Virus record (IMG/VR): IMGVR_UViG_3300044701_003423
DNA length: 64,000 bases
Strand: one strand, 5' to 3'
DNA from: a virus
Shown piece by piece: positions 1 to 8,058 of the stretch. The notes under the pieces were generated by a model. The model was not told the origin of the DNA. It searched no databases and worked only from the letters and a program-made list of their open reading frames with translations. Position 1 is the stretch's first letter; every line of letters begins with the position of its first letter. Both the position numbers and the translations under genes were made by a program.

Positions 1-13
1 AAAATTATTATTT

Positions 14-799
14 TTAAACTTTAATAATATAATTAACACCTTTATTACTAGGTCTTGTCTCGTTATCGCCTGAAATAGTTTGAGCAGCTACTGTTCCAGA
101 TGCACTAAAGGTTGCAGTAGTGCCAAAGTTCCAACTATGAGTATGAGAGCCAGTGTCACCGCCTATAGTATGGTCATGATATCCGCCATAATCTGTAGCT
201 CTTCCTCCTTCAGAACCTGGAGCATTGTCAGTATCTTCACCTGCTCCTGAACCTCTCCATCCCCAGTTGCCATATGACTGAGAGCAATATGACCAATCGT
301 AATATGTATGGCTATGTGCTCCGCTTTCTCCTACGGTATGCGAATGGCCGGCAGAGTTATTTCCAGTGCCTCCATTCATTTGATTTTTTAGACCAGAAAC
401 AGTTACTGAAACAGAAGCTGCACTTAGTCCATTTTTAGCTGTTTTTTGTGCTTGCCAGCCGCCTGTAGTTACGGCATCTCCTACAGATGGAGTCCCCTCT
501 CCTCTTAAAAAAACAGCTCTGTGATCTGGTACTCTGAATTGTCCAGCTGAAGGAGCTACCCACGCAGCTCCTGTAGTTGGATTTATTTGTGTATTATAAA
601 GATTTCCTAAAAGAGCATACAATTCTGGATAATCAGCTTGATTATATGCTGTACCATCGCAGAGAAGCCATCCCGTTGGAACTCCAGATTGTCCTGAAAA
701 GGGTAAAATTACGCCTGTAGGCATAAAAAATGATGCTTGACCTGCTTTTTGAGAAGCTTTGGAATCTGCTAAGGTTGCAAGTGTTGCTACGTTAGCCAT
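14..799 (-). CDS. tail fibre protein with phage tail-collar domain
   Basis: 261-aa ORF with AAGGAG 6 nt upstream of the ATG at 799. PTGVILPFSG...PTGWLLCDGT...YPELYALLG matches the tail-collar signature. The Gly-rich C-terminus has four HxH(T/S) repeats (HSHT, HSHT, HDHT, HTHS). Confidence 0.7.
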   Translation of the reverse strand: MANVATLATLADSKASQKAGQASFFMPTGVILPFSGQSGVPTGWLLCDGTAYNQADYPELYALLGNLYNTQINPTTGAAWVAPSAGQFRVPDHRAVFLRGEGTPSVGDAVTTGGWQAQKTAKNGLSAASVSVTVSGLKNQMNGGTGNNSAGHSHTVGESGAHSHTYYDWSYCSQSYGNWGWRGSGAGEDTDNAPGSEGGRATDYGGYHDHTIGGDTGSHTHSWNFGTTATFSASGTVAAQTISGDNETRPSNKGVNYIIKV

Positions 800-851
800 T
801 TGTTTCTCCTTTTAAACACATTTAAGTAATATAATTTTAACATTTTCAAGA

Positions 852-1214
852 TTAATCAATCTTTGTTTTTTCCCAAAAAAAACCCCCAAACAATCTAACA
901 GCAAAATAATACATATAAACTAATGGTTTGTTTAAAATTTTAGATTTTTTATTTTGTTTTTTTAGCTTTTTTAACATCATGGACAGAAACAGACCGTCTG
1001 CCTGTTTACGACTAACTTCTTTAAGGCCATATTTTGAATATAAAAAATCATGAACATTTGCTGCATCGGTGACTGTAAATTTATAAAATAAAGTATCTCT
1101 TACCCACTCACCCCTTTTTGCAGGTCCCGCGCCATTGATAGTCGCTTGGACAATTTCATTTGGCTGATAAATGCAAAAATCTGTATATTTTTTAAAAATT
1201 ACATCGGTTTTCAT
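852..1214 (-). CDS. hypothetical protein, possibly DUF1353-like
   Basis: 120-aa ORF with SD-like aggaaag before the ATG. VTDAANVHDFLYSKYG resembles the HD core of DUF1353-type phage proteins (tentative). Very AT-rich. Confidence 0.45.
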   Translation of the reverse strand: MKTDVIFKKYTDFCIYQPNEIVQATINGAGPAKRGEWVRDTLFYKFTVTDAANVHDFLYSKYGLKEVSRKQADGLFLSMMLKKLKKQNKKSKILNKPLVYMYYFAVRLFGGFFWEKTKID

Positions 1215-1238
1215 TGTCTTTCCTATAATTAAAAATGT

Positions 1239-1481
1239 TTATTCTATTTTATCCTCTAAACAACTATCCAAATAATTATTCATTTTATAAAGATTAATAA
1301 AAGAGCAAAAAAGCGGTCCAACTTTTATTTTAATAAGATAAGCTTTTTTAATAACGCTGCAATTCCATTGAAAAAAATCAATTCCGCAACTAAAAAGAAC
1401 ATTAAAAATATTTACTTTTACTTCTGCTTTAGCATCTTGTTCAGTTGTTTCTATTACAATCTTTAAACCTTTAGAAAGCAT
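1239..1481 (-). CDS. hypothetical small protein (80 aa)
   Basis: First in-frame ATG (1481) downstream of the capsid terminator within the longer 1239..1751 ORF. Weak SD, about 25% GC. Could be non-coding. Confidence 0.3.
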   Translation of the reverse strand: MLSKGLKIVIETTEQDAKAEVKVNIFNVLFSCGIDFFQWNCSVIKKAYLIKIKVGPLFCSFINLYKMNNYLDSCLEDKIE

Positions 1482-1506
1482 TTGTTTCTCATTTTTTAAA
1501 AGGAAT

Positions 1507-1534
1507 AAAAAAAACCACCCCGAAGGGTGGTTTT
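1507..1534 (-). terminator. rho-independent terminator after the capsid gene
   Basis: Stem ccaccc / gggtgg (1515-1520 / 1525-1530) with a cgaa loop. It is followed on the minus strand by a run of 8 T, 20 nt after the stop at 1555. Confidence 0.8.
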
Positions 1535-1554
1535 CTGTAAATCTAATCAAAAGA

Positions 1555-3090
1555 TTAGATGCGACGACGTTGCTTGACGTTGTCAAGAACAGCGAACGAA
1601 CGTGGCTTATGAAGTACAACAGCCAAGTACGAGCTGAACACGCTCTCAAGAGCCAAGCCCTGACGACCAAGGTCAGACTTGTTGAGGAGGTTACCAAGAA
1701 CTGCAAGCTTAACGCGGTCTTCGCTTGAAGGCATGAAGAGTACGCTTTCATAGCCTGGCATTACTGCGCCAGTATATTTGAATGCAGTTGCGCCGGAAGC
1801 GGCCTTGACGACCTTACCAACGAATCCTTCTGAACCAGCCTTACCAGCAGCTTCGCGTGGAGTCATAAAGACCATGAACGCTTCAGCGTCGGCCTGAGCA
1901 GCGATAGAGAGGTCAACGCCCTGTCCATCAACAGTAACGGTAAGTTCGCCGGACATAGCTGGTGAGCTGATGCCGAAGATTGAGGTAGCCTGAACCAAGA
2001 ACTTGACTTTGTCGCCAATCTTGAGTTCTGAACCAACTGAACCAACTGTGAGGTTAGCTGCAGCGATAACTGGAGTTGAAGGAGGTACGCCGTTAGTTCC
2101 TGACACTGGAAGAGCCTTCTGACGAACAGAGTGCTTATAGATAGCAGGAATGAACTTAACTAGACCGCTAACAGACATAATTGCAAATCCACCTTCTTCA
2201 GCGTTGCTGAGGTCTGGTCCACGGATTGCAAAGTTCTGAGCGATGTCGCCGCGCTGAAGGCCGAAGAAAGTCTTACGGAACTCAGCAATTTGAGCTGGAG
2301 TAGCGTGAGCTTCTGAAACTTCACCTGCGTTAGAAACAACTGCAGTGGTTGTATCATCAAGAACTTCTTGGTCAAGAGCCTTGCCCTTGAGGTCCTGAAC
2401 GACGGAGAAGGAGTTTCCATAAGCAGCAAAGTCAGGCGTGACACCACGAGTAGCGCGCTCGCCTTCGCGGATATTGTTCTGAACACCACGAAGCTGACGG
2501 ATAGCTGGGATGCGGCGGTTGCCAAGGAATTTCAAGGGAGTTTCAACGTCGATTTGACCAGCAGCGTCAACATAGTAGTCACCGCCAGCGTAGCCGTCGC
2601 GCTCAAACTGTGTTGAAAGAGCCATAGCAGCGTTGCGCTCATTTTCTTTTTCAATGTCGATACCGTCGAAGAAGCCGCCTGCTTCGTTAGTTAGGCGAAC
2701 CATGTCACCAAGAGTCTTCTTAATACCATAGATTTTGAGCGGTTCAGCAACTTGTTCGTACTGAGCTTGGTCTTCTTGTGGCATGAAGTTTTCAAAGCCA
2801 GCAAGGTCAAGACCTTGAGTAACGATAGCAGTCTGTACTTTATAGAAGTAAACAGGCTGGGTAGCTTTAAGGGTTTTGACGTTCTTCATCAACTTGAGCT
2901 GCTTTTCCTGCGCGCAGATTGCGTACATTACAGGGTCAGCGGAGTCAATAGTAAGGGCGCTGATGCCTGTACGGCCAGCGTTCTGCATACCTTGATAACC
3001 GATGGCGTTGAACGACTTAGCCATGCGCTCAAGGCGTTCTCTAATTTTGGCCAAGTCTTGCTGGCCTACAAACTGATAACCAGTGCTCAT
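1555..3090 (-). CDS. probable major capsid protein
   Basis: 511-aa ORF with a strong SD (agaggag). Visibly GC-richer, biased codon usage versus neighbours, and a strong terminator directly downstream. Size and composition fit an HK97-fold MCP, but there is no motif-level proof. Confidence 0.55.
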   Translation of the reverse strand: MSTGYQFVGQQDLAKIRERLERMAKSFNAIGYQGMQNAGRTGISALTIDSADPVMYAICAQEKQLKLMKNVKTLKATQPVYFYKVQTAIVTQGLDLAGFENFMPQEDQAQYEQVAEPLKIYGIKKTLGDMVRLTNEAGGFFDGIDIEKENERNAAMALSTQFERDGYAGGDYYVDAAGQIDVETPLKFLGNRRIPAIRQLRGVQNNIREGERATRGVTPDFAAYGNSFSVVQDLKGKALDQEVLDDTTTAVVSNAGEVSEAHATPAQIAEFRKTFFGLQRGDIAQNFAIRGPDLSNAEEGGFAIMSVSGLVKFIPAIYKHSVRQKALPVSGTNGVPPSTPVIAAANLTVGSVGSELKIGDKVKFLVQATSIFGISSPAMSGELTVTVDGQGVDLSIAAQADAEAFMVFMTPREAAGKAGSEGFVGKVVKAASGATAFKYTGAVMPGYESVLFMPSSEDRVKLAVLGNLLNKSDLGRQGLALESVFSSYLAVVLHKPRSFAVLDNVKQRRRI

Positions 3091-3243
3091 GGGAAAAGTC
3101 TCCTCTGTTAGTTCCCAATCAAAAAACTACATCAAAAGATGTATGAGGTAATTTTACTACAATTTTAGAAAAAGAATAAACAAAAGGGACAGTTGGCTGT
3201 TTTGCCTAACTATCCCTCTGAAATGATTAAAGAAAAAATATTT

Positions 3244-3378
3244 TTAGAATTTAACAGATTGCATGATTCTGAACCACTTCTTCATCTTTTTCTTAGATGG
3301 TTTTGGCGGCTTAGGAGACATTTTGGTGGGCTGGAGAAGCTCAAGTTCTAAGTCTTGTTGTTGGCGTTGTTTTTTCAT
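3244..3378 (-). CDS. hypothetical small basic protein (44 aa)
   Basis: Below the ORF-track cutoff. GGGAGG lies 6 nt upstream of the ATG at 3378. Hand translation gives MKKQRQQQDLELELLQPTKMSPKPPKPSKKKMKKWFRIMQSVKF, with the stop at 3244-3246. Confidence 0.45.
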   Translation of the reverse strand: MKKQRQQQDLELELLQPTKMSPKPPKPSKKKMKKWFRIMQSVKF

Positions 3379-3390
3379 GAGTGCCTCCCT

Positions 3391-3660
3391 TTAGTCTAGC
3401 TCAACGGTCATATCAACAACAAGGCGCTTTCTATAAATCAACTCTTGAAACTTTTGTACAACTTCTTTTGTTGGTTGTTGAGCGTTTACGGTCAGTAGTC
3501 TTACTGTTGCCGCGTGCTCAGGATGGGCTCTGCCTTCGTCATCATACTCATAAACTACATCGACAATTTCATACTCAAAAACAACGTCGTCAACTTCACA
3601 CCAATCAAGGCGAGTCACTGTCTTGGGAAAGTTATTAAGGATTTTCATAATGTTTTCCAT
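3391..3660 (-). CDS. hypothetical protein
   Basis: 89-aa ORF with GGAGGTG before the ATG. A copy of the conserved upstream motif lies at 3681-3709. Confidence 0.6.
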   Translation of the reverse strand: MENIMKILNNFPKTVTRLDWCEVDDVVFEYEIVDVVYEYDDEGRAHPEHAATVRLLTVNAQQPTKEVVQKFQELIYRKRLVVDMTVELD

Positions 3661-3680
3661 AAATCACCTCCAACATAAGT

Positions 3681-3709
3681 CTTATCGGCAGTTAGCAGAA
3701 AGACTTTAG
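3681..3709 (-). promoter_or_regulatory. conserved bipartite motif CTAAAGT-N16-GATAAG (candidate phage promoter), copy A
   Basis: Minus-strand read: CTAAAGTctttctgctaactgccGATAAG, 20 nt before the ATG at 3660. It directly abuts the stop codon of the upstream gene. Confidence 0.5.
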
Positions 3710-4060
3710 TTAAAAATTAACGTGATAGTCAATAGTGAGTTTATTGGTGTCATAAGGAACTGATATTGTTCCGTATTCTTTTAATTTGATTATAACGCGA
3801 GCATCGTTGGGGTTAGTGTTGAGCTTTTTGACAAACTCTATGTGTTCTGACCTGATGTTGGCATGTTGCTTAGAAACACAGTAATTCTTGTTTTCTGCGC
3901 CAATAATACAAGAAGGCAGACGAATCTGCCCAAATAGAAAAGCTAACATACCTGCCGCAATATAAGTAGTGACCATCAAAAAAGCCAGCGTCCGTGCCGG
4001 CACTCCTTGATTAAACTGAATAAAGGTTGACGCCATTCTTTTGGCGAACAGCAATTCCAC
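3710..4060 (-). CDS. hypothetical membrane protein
   Basis: 116-aa ORF (alternative ATG at 4036). One hydrophobic helix, TLAFLMVTTYIAAGMLAFLFG. Last gene of the coupled operon. Confidence 0.5.
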   Translation of the reverse strand: MELLFAKRMASTFIQFNQGVPARTLAFLMVTTYIAAGMLAFLFGQIRLPSCIIGAENKNYCVSKQHANIRSEHIEFVKKLNTNPNDARVIIKLKEYGTISVPYDTNKLTIDYHVNF

Positions 4061-4334
4061 TGTTACCTGAATTGGACGACTGGCGAAGCTTAGCCGAAAG
4101 ACCTACACGAACTTGCTCAAGAGTGCGGCCCTGAGCAGTAAAACGACGAAGCAATCCGCGCTTACGTGCATTTTCAAAAACCTGAGCTGCTGTAAGTTCG
4201 CGGCTGCCTGCCGCAGCAAGAATTTCAATTGCAACTTCTGTATAAGTAGACGGTGAATTACGACGCATAACTTTCTCCTTAAAATAACCGAGGGCATTCT
4301 CGATTAAGCTTTTAATAACATCTTTAATATTCAT
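4011..4334 (-). CDS. HARE-HTH domain DNA-binding protein
   Basis: STYTEVAIEILAAAGSRELTAAQVFENARKRGLL...GRTLEQVRVGLSAKL...NLYSV fits the HARE-HTH (RNA polymerase delta N-terminal-like) pattern. I chose the ATG at 4334; the track start at 4340 is TTG. Confidence 0.5.
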   Translation of the reverse strand: MNIKDVIKSLIENALGYFKEKVMRRNSPSTYTEVAIEILAAAGSRELTAAQVFENARKRGLLRRFTAQGRTLEQVRVGLSAKLRQSSNSGNSGIAVRQKNGVNLYSV

Positions 4335-4336
4335 AA

Positions 4337-4939
4337 TCAACTCTTTTCTGAAAAATAATTTTCAACGATATCGCATAGTACATGTCCAATTAAAATATGC
4401 ATTTCTTGAATTCTAGCTGTAGTCAAAGAGGGCACCGTAACGCACAAATCAGTATTTTCATACAACTTTCCGCCTTTTCCTCCAGAAAAACCAATCAAAA
4501 TGCATCCTTTACCAGCGGCCTTTTCCATGGCTTTCAAAATATTGAAACTATTTCCAGATGTAGAAATACCAATGACAACGTCGCCTCTTTGAGCCAAAGC
4601 CTCGATTTGCCTTGAAAAGACTTGGTCATATCCATAATCATTAGCGATTGCTGTCAAGATAGATGAGTCAGTCGTCAAGGCAATTGCCGGCAGTCCTTTT
4701 CTCTCACGAGTAAACCTACCAACCAACTCAGCGGCCAAATGCTGAGCGTCGGCGGCGCTTCCTCCATTCCCCATCAAGATAACTTTACAGCCATTCTCTA
4801 AAGCGTCGGTTATGTAGGATGCAATCCTTAAAATAGTAGAGCCACAGTGCTCATAAGTAAGATGAGTTAATGCTTCATGACTATCAAAGGCTTCCTTCAT
4901 CATAGCCTCTTCTTTAAGAATTTGGTCTAGCTCACTCAT
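4337..4939 (-). CDS. gmhA: SIS-domain phosphoheptose isomerase (GmhA family)
   Basis: GNGGSAADAQHLAAELVGRF, GISTSGNS and RIQEMHILIGHVLCDIVE align with E. coli GmhA along the full length. GGAGG lies 5 nt before the ATG. Confidence 0.8.
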   Translation of the reverse strand: MSELDQILKEEAMMKEAFDSHEALTHLTYEHCGSTILRIASYITDALENGCKVILMGNGGSAADAQHLAAELVGRFTRERKGLPAIALTTDSSILTAIANDYGYDQVFSRQIEALAQRGDVVIGISTSGNSFNILKAMEKAAGKGCILIGFSGGKGGKLYENTDLCVTVPSLTTARIQEMHILIGHVLCDIVENYFSEKS

Positions 4940-5328
4940 AGTTCCTCCACTGTAAAGCCATTTTCAATCGTATACATTATTGTTTTTATATCGTTTTGTT
5001 TCAAAATAGCCATACAACCCGAACAGGGGCGGGCGTTTGCCCAACAACCATCTTTAGTCTCTCTATAAGTAACCATCATGAGTTTCTTTTTTTCAGTCTT
5101 AGTTAAACTATTAAGAAAGTCTCTGGCCTTAATTAAAGCATTGACTTCGGCGTGCAGTGTTACGGGCCTGCCATAAGTTTCCTCGTTGCATAGCGGGTGC
5201 GTTTTACTAAGGTAATTACAGCCAGTCGAAATCAGCTTGTCTTTATAAAACAAAGCAGCGCCAAGGTAATAGCGGTAATGCTCCGCCTTCTTTGCTGCTT
5301 TTTGTGCTGGCTTAATTCTTTCTTTCAT
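4936..5328 (-). CDS. divergent cytidine/deoxycytidylate-deaminase-fold zinc deaminase
   Basis: HAEVNAL ... PCSGC zinc-binding motifs in a 130-aa protein. ATGA start/stop overlaps on both sides. Confidence 0.6.
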   Translation of the reverse strand: MKERIKPAQKAAKKAEHYRYYLGAALFYKDKLISTGCNYLSKTHPLCNEETYGRPVTLHAEVNALIKARDFLNSLTKTEKKKLMMVTYRETKDGCWANARPCSGCMAILKQNDIKTIMYTIENGFTVEEL

Positions 5329-6290
5329 GAAATAACCTTCATAACCTCATCCCAAGTCTTTGTATCTACGGCCAAATTCAATCTAACTTGATTAATAGAC
5401 CCACCGCATTTAGTTCCACAAGTGCCCAAAATCCCCAACTCTCTAAAAGCATCGACAGCGCTGCCATCGGAAATTTGCACCCACGCAAACATCCCCAACC
5501 CTTTGGGATAAGACCATTCATTTTTATGACAAAAATCCTGTAACATTTCTTTTCTTTCGGTCAAGATTCCTTGAATATTTGCCAATTCTTCCGACCATGA
5601 CTCATCAGTTACAAGAGTATTAATAATTTCTGTTGCTTTGACTTGGGTATCGTATCCAACTCCGCCAGACTCAAATTCCATATATTCGCTGATATCTTTT
5701 GCTACTTTTTCATCTTCTACGATTGCCCACCCAAATCTTACTCCGCAGTGGCCTGTCATCTTAGACAGCGTAAAGATAGTCGCTGTTTTGGGTTCTTCGA
5801 CTAAATCAGCAACAGCTTCGTGATAAAGTTTTTCTGAATGAAAATACCATGGCCACAAATATACGCAATCGTACCAAGTTTTTGAATTATATCTCAACAA
5901 TGGAAGAGAGCCGCTTGGATTACTAGGATATGTCAGCAAGTTAAATTCATTATTAAATGCAGAAAATTTAACTCTTGAGTTGTGCATTTGAGATAGCATA
6001 GGAATTCTAAACCAATAAGGCGAAGGTACGCCCGCTTCTTTATGTAAGTGAAAAAAACAACTTACAAGTTGAGATGCTCCGCTTCCAACAACGATTTTGC
6101 TGTTAGGAGTAATCAAATTAGGATGGTATTTGTTATGAAGAGCCTTAATGGCATCTACGACTTCTTGATGCGGTCCTTCTTTGTTATAAGGCATACCCCC
6201 CATAATAGAGGTGACAATTCTATCATGGGGAAGTCTTTGAGTGAAGAGTTCTATAAGAAGGTCTGGGTTGCCAATTCTAAGGTCAATCAT
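5325..6290 (-). CDS. alliinase-family PLP-dependent enzyme (aminotransferase / C-S lyase-like)
   Basis: N-terminal IDLRIGNPD and [21 protein letters not shown] parallel the alliinase/TAA1 motifs (INLDHGDP; FTLSKxTGHAGSRxGWALVKD). Confidence 0.6.
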   Translation of the reverse strand: MIDLRIGNPDLLIELFTQRLPHDRIVTSIMGGMPYNKEGPHQEVVDAIKALHNKYHPNLITPNSKIVVGSGASQLVSCFFHLHKEAGVPSPYWFRIPMLSQMHNSRVKFSAFNNEFNLLTYPSNPSGSLPLLRYNSKTWYDCVYLWPWYFHSEKLYHEAVADLVEEPKTATIFTLSKMTGHCGVRFGWAIVEDEKVAKDISEYMEFESGGVGYDTQVKATEIINTLVTDESWSEELANIQGILTERKEMLQDFCHKNEWSYPKGLGMFAWVQISDGSAVDAFRELGILGTCGTKCGGSINQVRLNLAVDTKTWDEVMKVIS

Positions 6291-6618
6291 TTGAAGATGT
6301 CCTAGTGTTGTTTTTTTGGAGTTGGTCCATCAAATCATGGACTCTTTTTATTGATTCTGCAATTCTTTTGTGTCTTTCTTCAGTAGAAAGATTTGATTTA
6401 ATAACTAAATCTTTTTCTTTGTTTTTTCTAAAATCAGCCAAACTCACAACATTATTTGTAGTTTCTTGTGGCTGAGAAGGCTGAGTTGAGAGTAATTCTT
6501 CTACTTCCTCAGCCTTGCCATCAATGTTGTATGAATTAAGAGTTTTTTGATTGTTTTGTGCTTTGATGCGGCGCAGGTTTTCTTGTGTTTTCTTAAAGAA
6601 CTCATCATTGATTGTCAT
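6283..6618 (-). CDS. hypothetical protein
   Basis: 111-aa charged, helical ORF. First gene behind motif copy C. It overlaps the next gene by 8 nt. Confidence 0.6.
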   Translation of the reverse strand: MTINDEFFKKTQENLRRIKAQNNQKTLNSYNIDGKAEEVEELLSTQPSQPQETTNNVVSLADFRKNKEKDLVIKSNLSTEERHKRIAESIKRVHDLMDQLQKNNTRTSSND

Positions 6619-6656
6619 AAATCCCCCTTTGTATAATAGTCACTGCTTACATAATT

Positions 6657-6685
6657 CTTATCGACAGTCAACAAAAAAACTTTAG
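6657..6685 (-). promoter_or_regulatory. conserved bipartite motif, copy C
   Basis: Minus-strand read: CTAAAGTttttttgttgactgtcGATAAG, 38 nt before the ATG at 6618. It abuts the stop of 6686..7042. Confidence 0.5.
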
Positions 6686-7042
6686 TCAAAGAGTAGCAAA
6701 AAGACCATTTTTGTCAATAAAGACCTCTTTTGCAGTAAGTACAGGATTTCCCGTTGCCGCCTCTACAAACGTAGAGACTTCATAAGGGTTGTAACGCACT
6801 TTAATCATCTTGTTGGCGATTGCAGCAAATTCTTCTGGATTCCACTGACCGCGCACGCCTGCGTGAACATTTTTTTGACGCTCGCGCAAGACTCTGGCGC
6901 GGCCCGCTTGGCTGACTTTAAGCTGGCAATCAGTCAACTTGATGCTGTCTACGTAGGCAATCACTCGACCCTTCATTGGGCCTTCCATGGCTTTGACGCT
7001 GAAGCAGCCTTTATGAAGATTTTTGTAAACAAAGACTTTCAT
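6686..7042 (-). CDS. conserved phage hypothetical protein
   Basis: 118-aa ORF with GGGGGTG as SD. The MKVFVYKNLHKGCFSV ... KNVHAGVRG pattern recurs in many phage small proteins of unknown function. Confidence 0.6.
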   Translation of the reverse strand: MKVFVYKNLHKGCFSVKAMEGPMKGRVIAYVDSIKLTDCQLKVSQAGRARVLRERQKNVHAGVRGQWNPEEFAAIANKMIKVRYNPYEVSTFVEAATGNPVLTAKEVFIDKNGLFATL

Positions 7043-7061
7043 AGTTCACCCCCATGATAAT

Positions 7062-7090
7062 CTTATCGACACTAGGACAAATAACTTTAG
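7062..7090 (-). promoter_or_regulatory. conserved bipartite motif, copy B
   Basis: Minus-strand read: CTAAAGTtatttgtcctagtgtcGATAAG, 19 nt before the ATG at 7042. It sits immediately downstream of a terminator. Confidence 0.55.
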
Positions 7091-7092
7091 GT

Positions 7093-7127
7093 AAAAAATA
7101 AACCCGCTCAATAAAAAATTGAACGGG
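7093..7127 (-). terminator. rho-independent terminator
   Basis: Stem cccgctcaat / attgaacggg (9 of 10 bp), then a T-rich run (tttatttttt) on the minus strand. It lies after the stop of 7176..8057. Confidence 0.65.
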
Positions 7128-7175
7128 CCGCAAGCCTCCGAAGCATATACAAAATACCTCGGTAAAACTTATAAG

Positions 7176-8057
7176 TCAAGCTCCAATAAAGCCAACCTTA
7201 ATTTGCTGACCCATAGAAGCCTTAATAGCGGACTCTTGCTCTAGTCTCTTCTTCTCTAGTGCTTGAATACGGTTTAGCAAGAAATTTGGCCCCGGCAACG
7301 ATGCCGCCTGACTAACTCCATCAATACTTACGTTGACTGAACTGTACGGGAACAACACAGGAATAACATCTGTAAGCAAGCGAATTGAAGCAACCGTAAT
7401 CACGAGGTCTACTACGATTGCAGGAACTCTGCCTTCTGGAAAGCCTGTCAAGACTTCTACAGAAATCATATTAGGACGGAAAGCTTGTGGAACGTAGCCA
7501 GCCATAAAGCTAAATACGGTTCCGTCGCCTCCGCGTGCGGTTGTTTTGATGGTACCCAAGTCAGCCAATACGTTGATTCTTCTGTTTCTGTAAGAAATCC
7601 AAGAAGGCGGTAGCGTGAACTCGTTAATAGGCTGGTCGTTCATTGCGTGAGAAAACTTGAGTTTCATTGACAAAATATCTGTCACAGGAAACTGTTTTAC
7701 TTTTAATCCGCTAAAATTACTAGCAAACATACCTTCAGTATAGTCGAATACCAAAGTTTGCTCACATGGAGATAGAAACATCCCCATACTCATTTCAATT
7801 TCGTTGATAGCCGAAGTTAAATACTGTCCAATGAAAGCGTCATCAAGTTCATCGAGTTGGTCTTGGTCTAAAAGACGCTTAAGCCCAAACAATGCAAACT
7901 TACGAACATCGTGAACATTTGGCAACGGAAGAAAGCGTTTGAATGCTCCCTCAATTGTCTCCATGTCTGACTTACAGTGAATTGGATATGTATTATAATC
8001 GCCTCTATAGGGCTGCAATCCTGCGGGGTTATATCCAAGTGGGTATTGGTCTGACAT
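7176..8057 (-). CDS. hypothetical virion protein (possible head-tail adaptor)
   Basis: 293-aa ORF in the structural operon. The adaptor role is a guess from position only. Confidence 0.35.
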   Translation of the reverse strand: MSDQYPLGYNPAGLQPYRGDYNTYPIHCKSDMETIEGAFKRFLPLPNVHDVRKFALFGLKRLLDQDQLDELDDAFIGQYLTSAINEIEMSMGMFLSPCEQTLVFDYTEGMFASNFSGLKVKQFPVTDILSMKLKFSHAMNDQPINEFTLPPSWISYRNRRINVLADLGTIKTTARGGDGTVFSFMAGYVPQAFRPNMISVEVLTGFPEGRVPAIVVDLVITVASIRLLTDVIPVLFPYSSVNVSIDGVSQAASLPGPNFLLNRIQALEKKRLEQESAIKASMGQQIKVGFIGA

Positions 8058-8058
8058 T

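Noticed and set aside
1239-1751. 170-aa minus-strand ORF spanning the capsid 3' end, the terminator and the AT-rich spacer
   Set aside because: Its upstream half overlaps the capsid gene in another frame and reads through a strong terminator hairpin. Only the distal 80 codons, from the ATG at 1481, were kept, as a low-confidence CDS.
1863-3111. Several 60-121-aa ORFs on both strands inside the capsid gene (1863..2045, 2160..2525, 2368..2616, 2752..3111)
   Set aside because: These are alternative-frame or antisense shadows of a long, strongly biased coding region. They have no SD sequences and low-complexity translations.
3381-3638. 85-aa plus-strand ORF
   Set aside because: It is antisense to 3391..3660, which has a strong SD and the upstream motif. 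It would be an isolated plus-strand ORF inside a minus-strand operon.
6657-6685. Reading the bipartite motif as an ordinary sigma70 promoter (TTGACT in copy C)
   Set aside because: TTGACT occurs only in copy C, and no TATAAT-like hexamer lies 16-18 nt downstream. The conserved elements are CTAAAGT and GATAAG instead.
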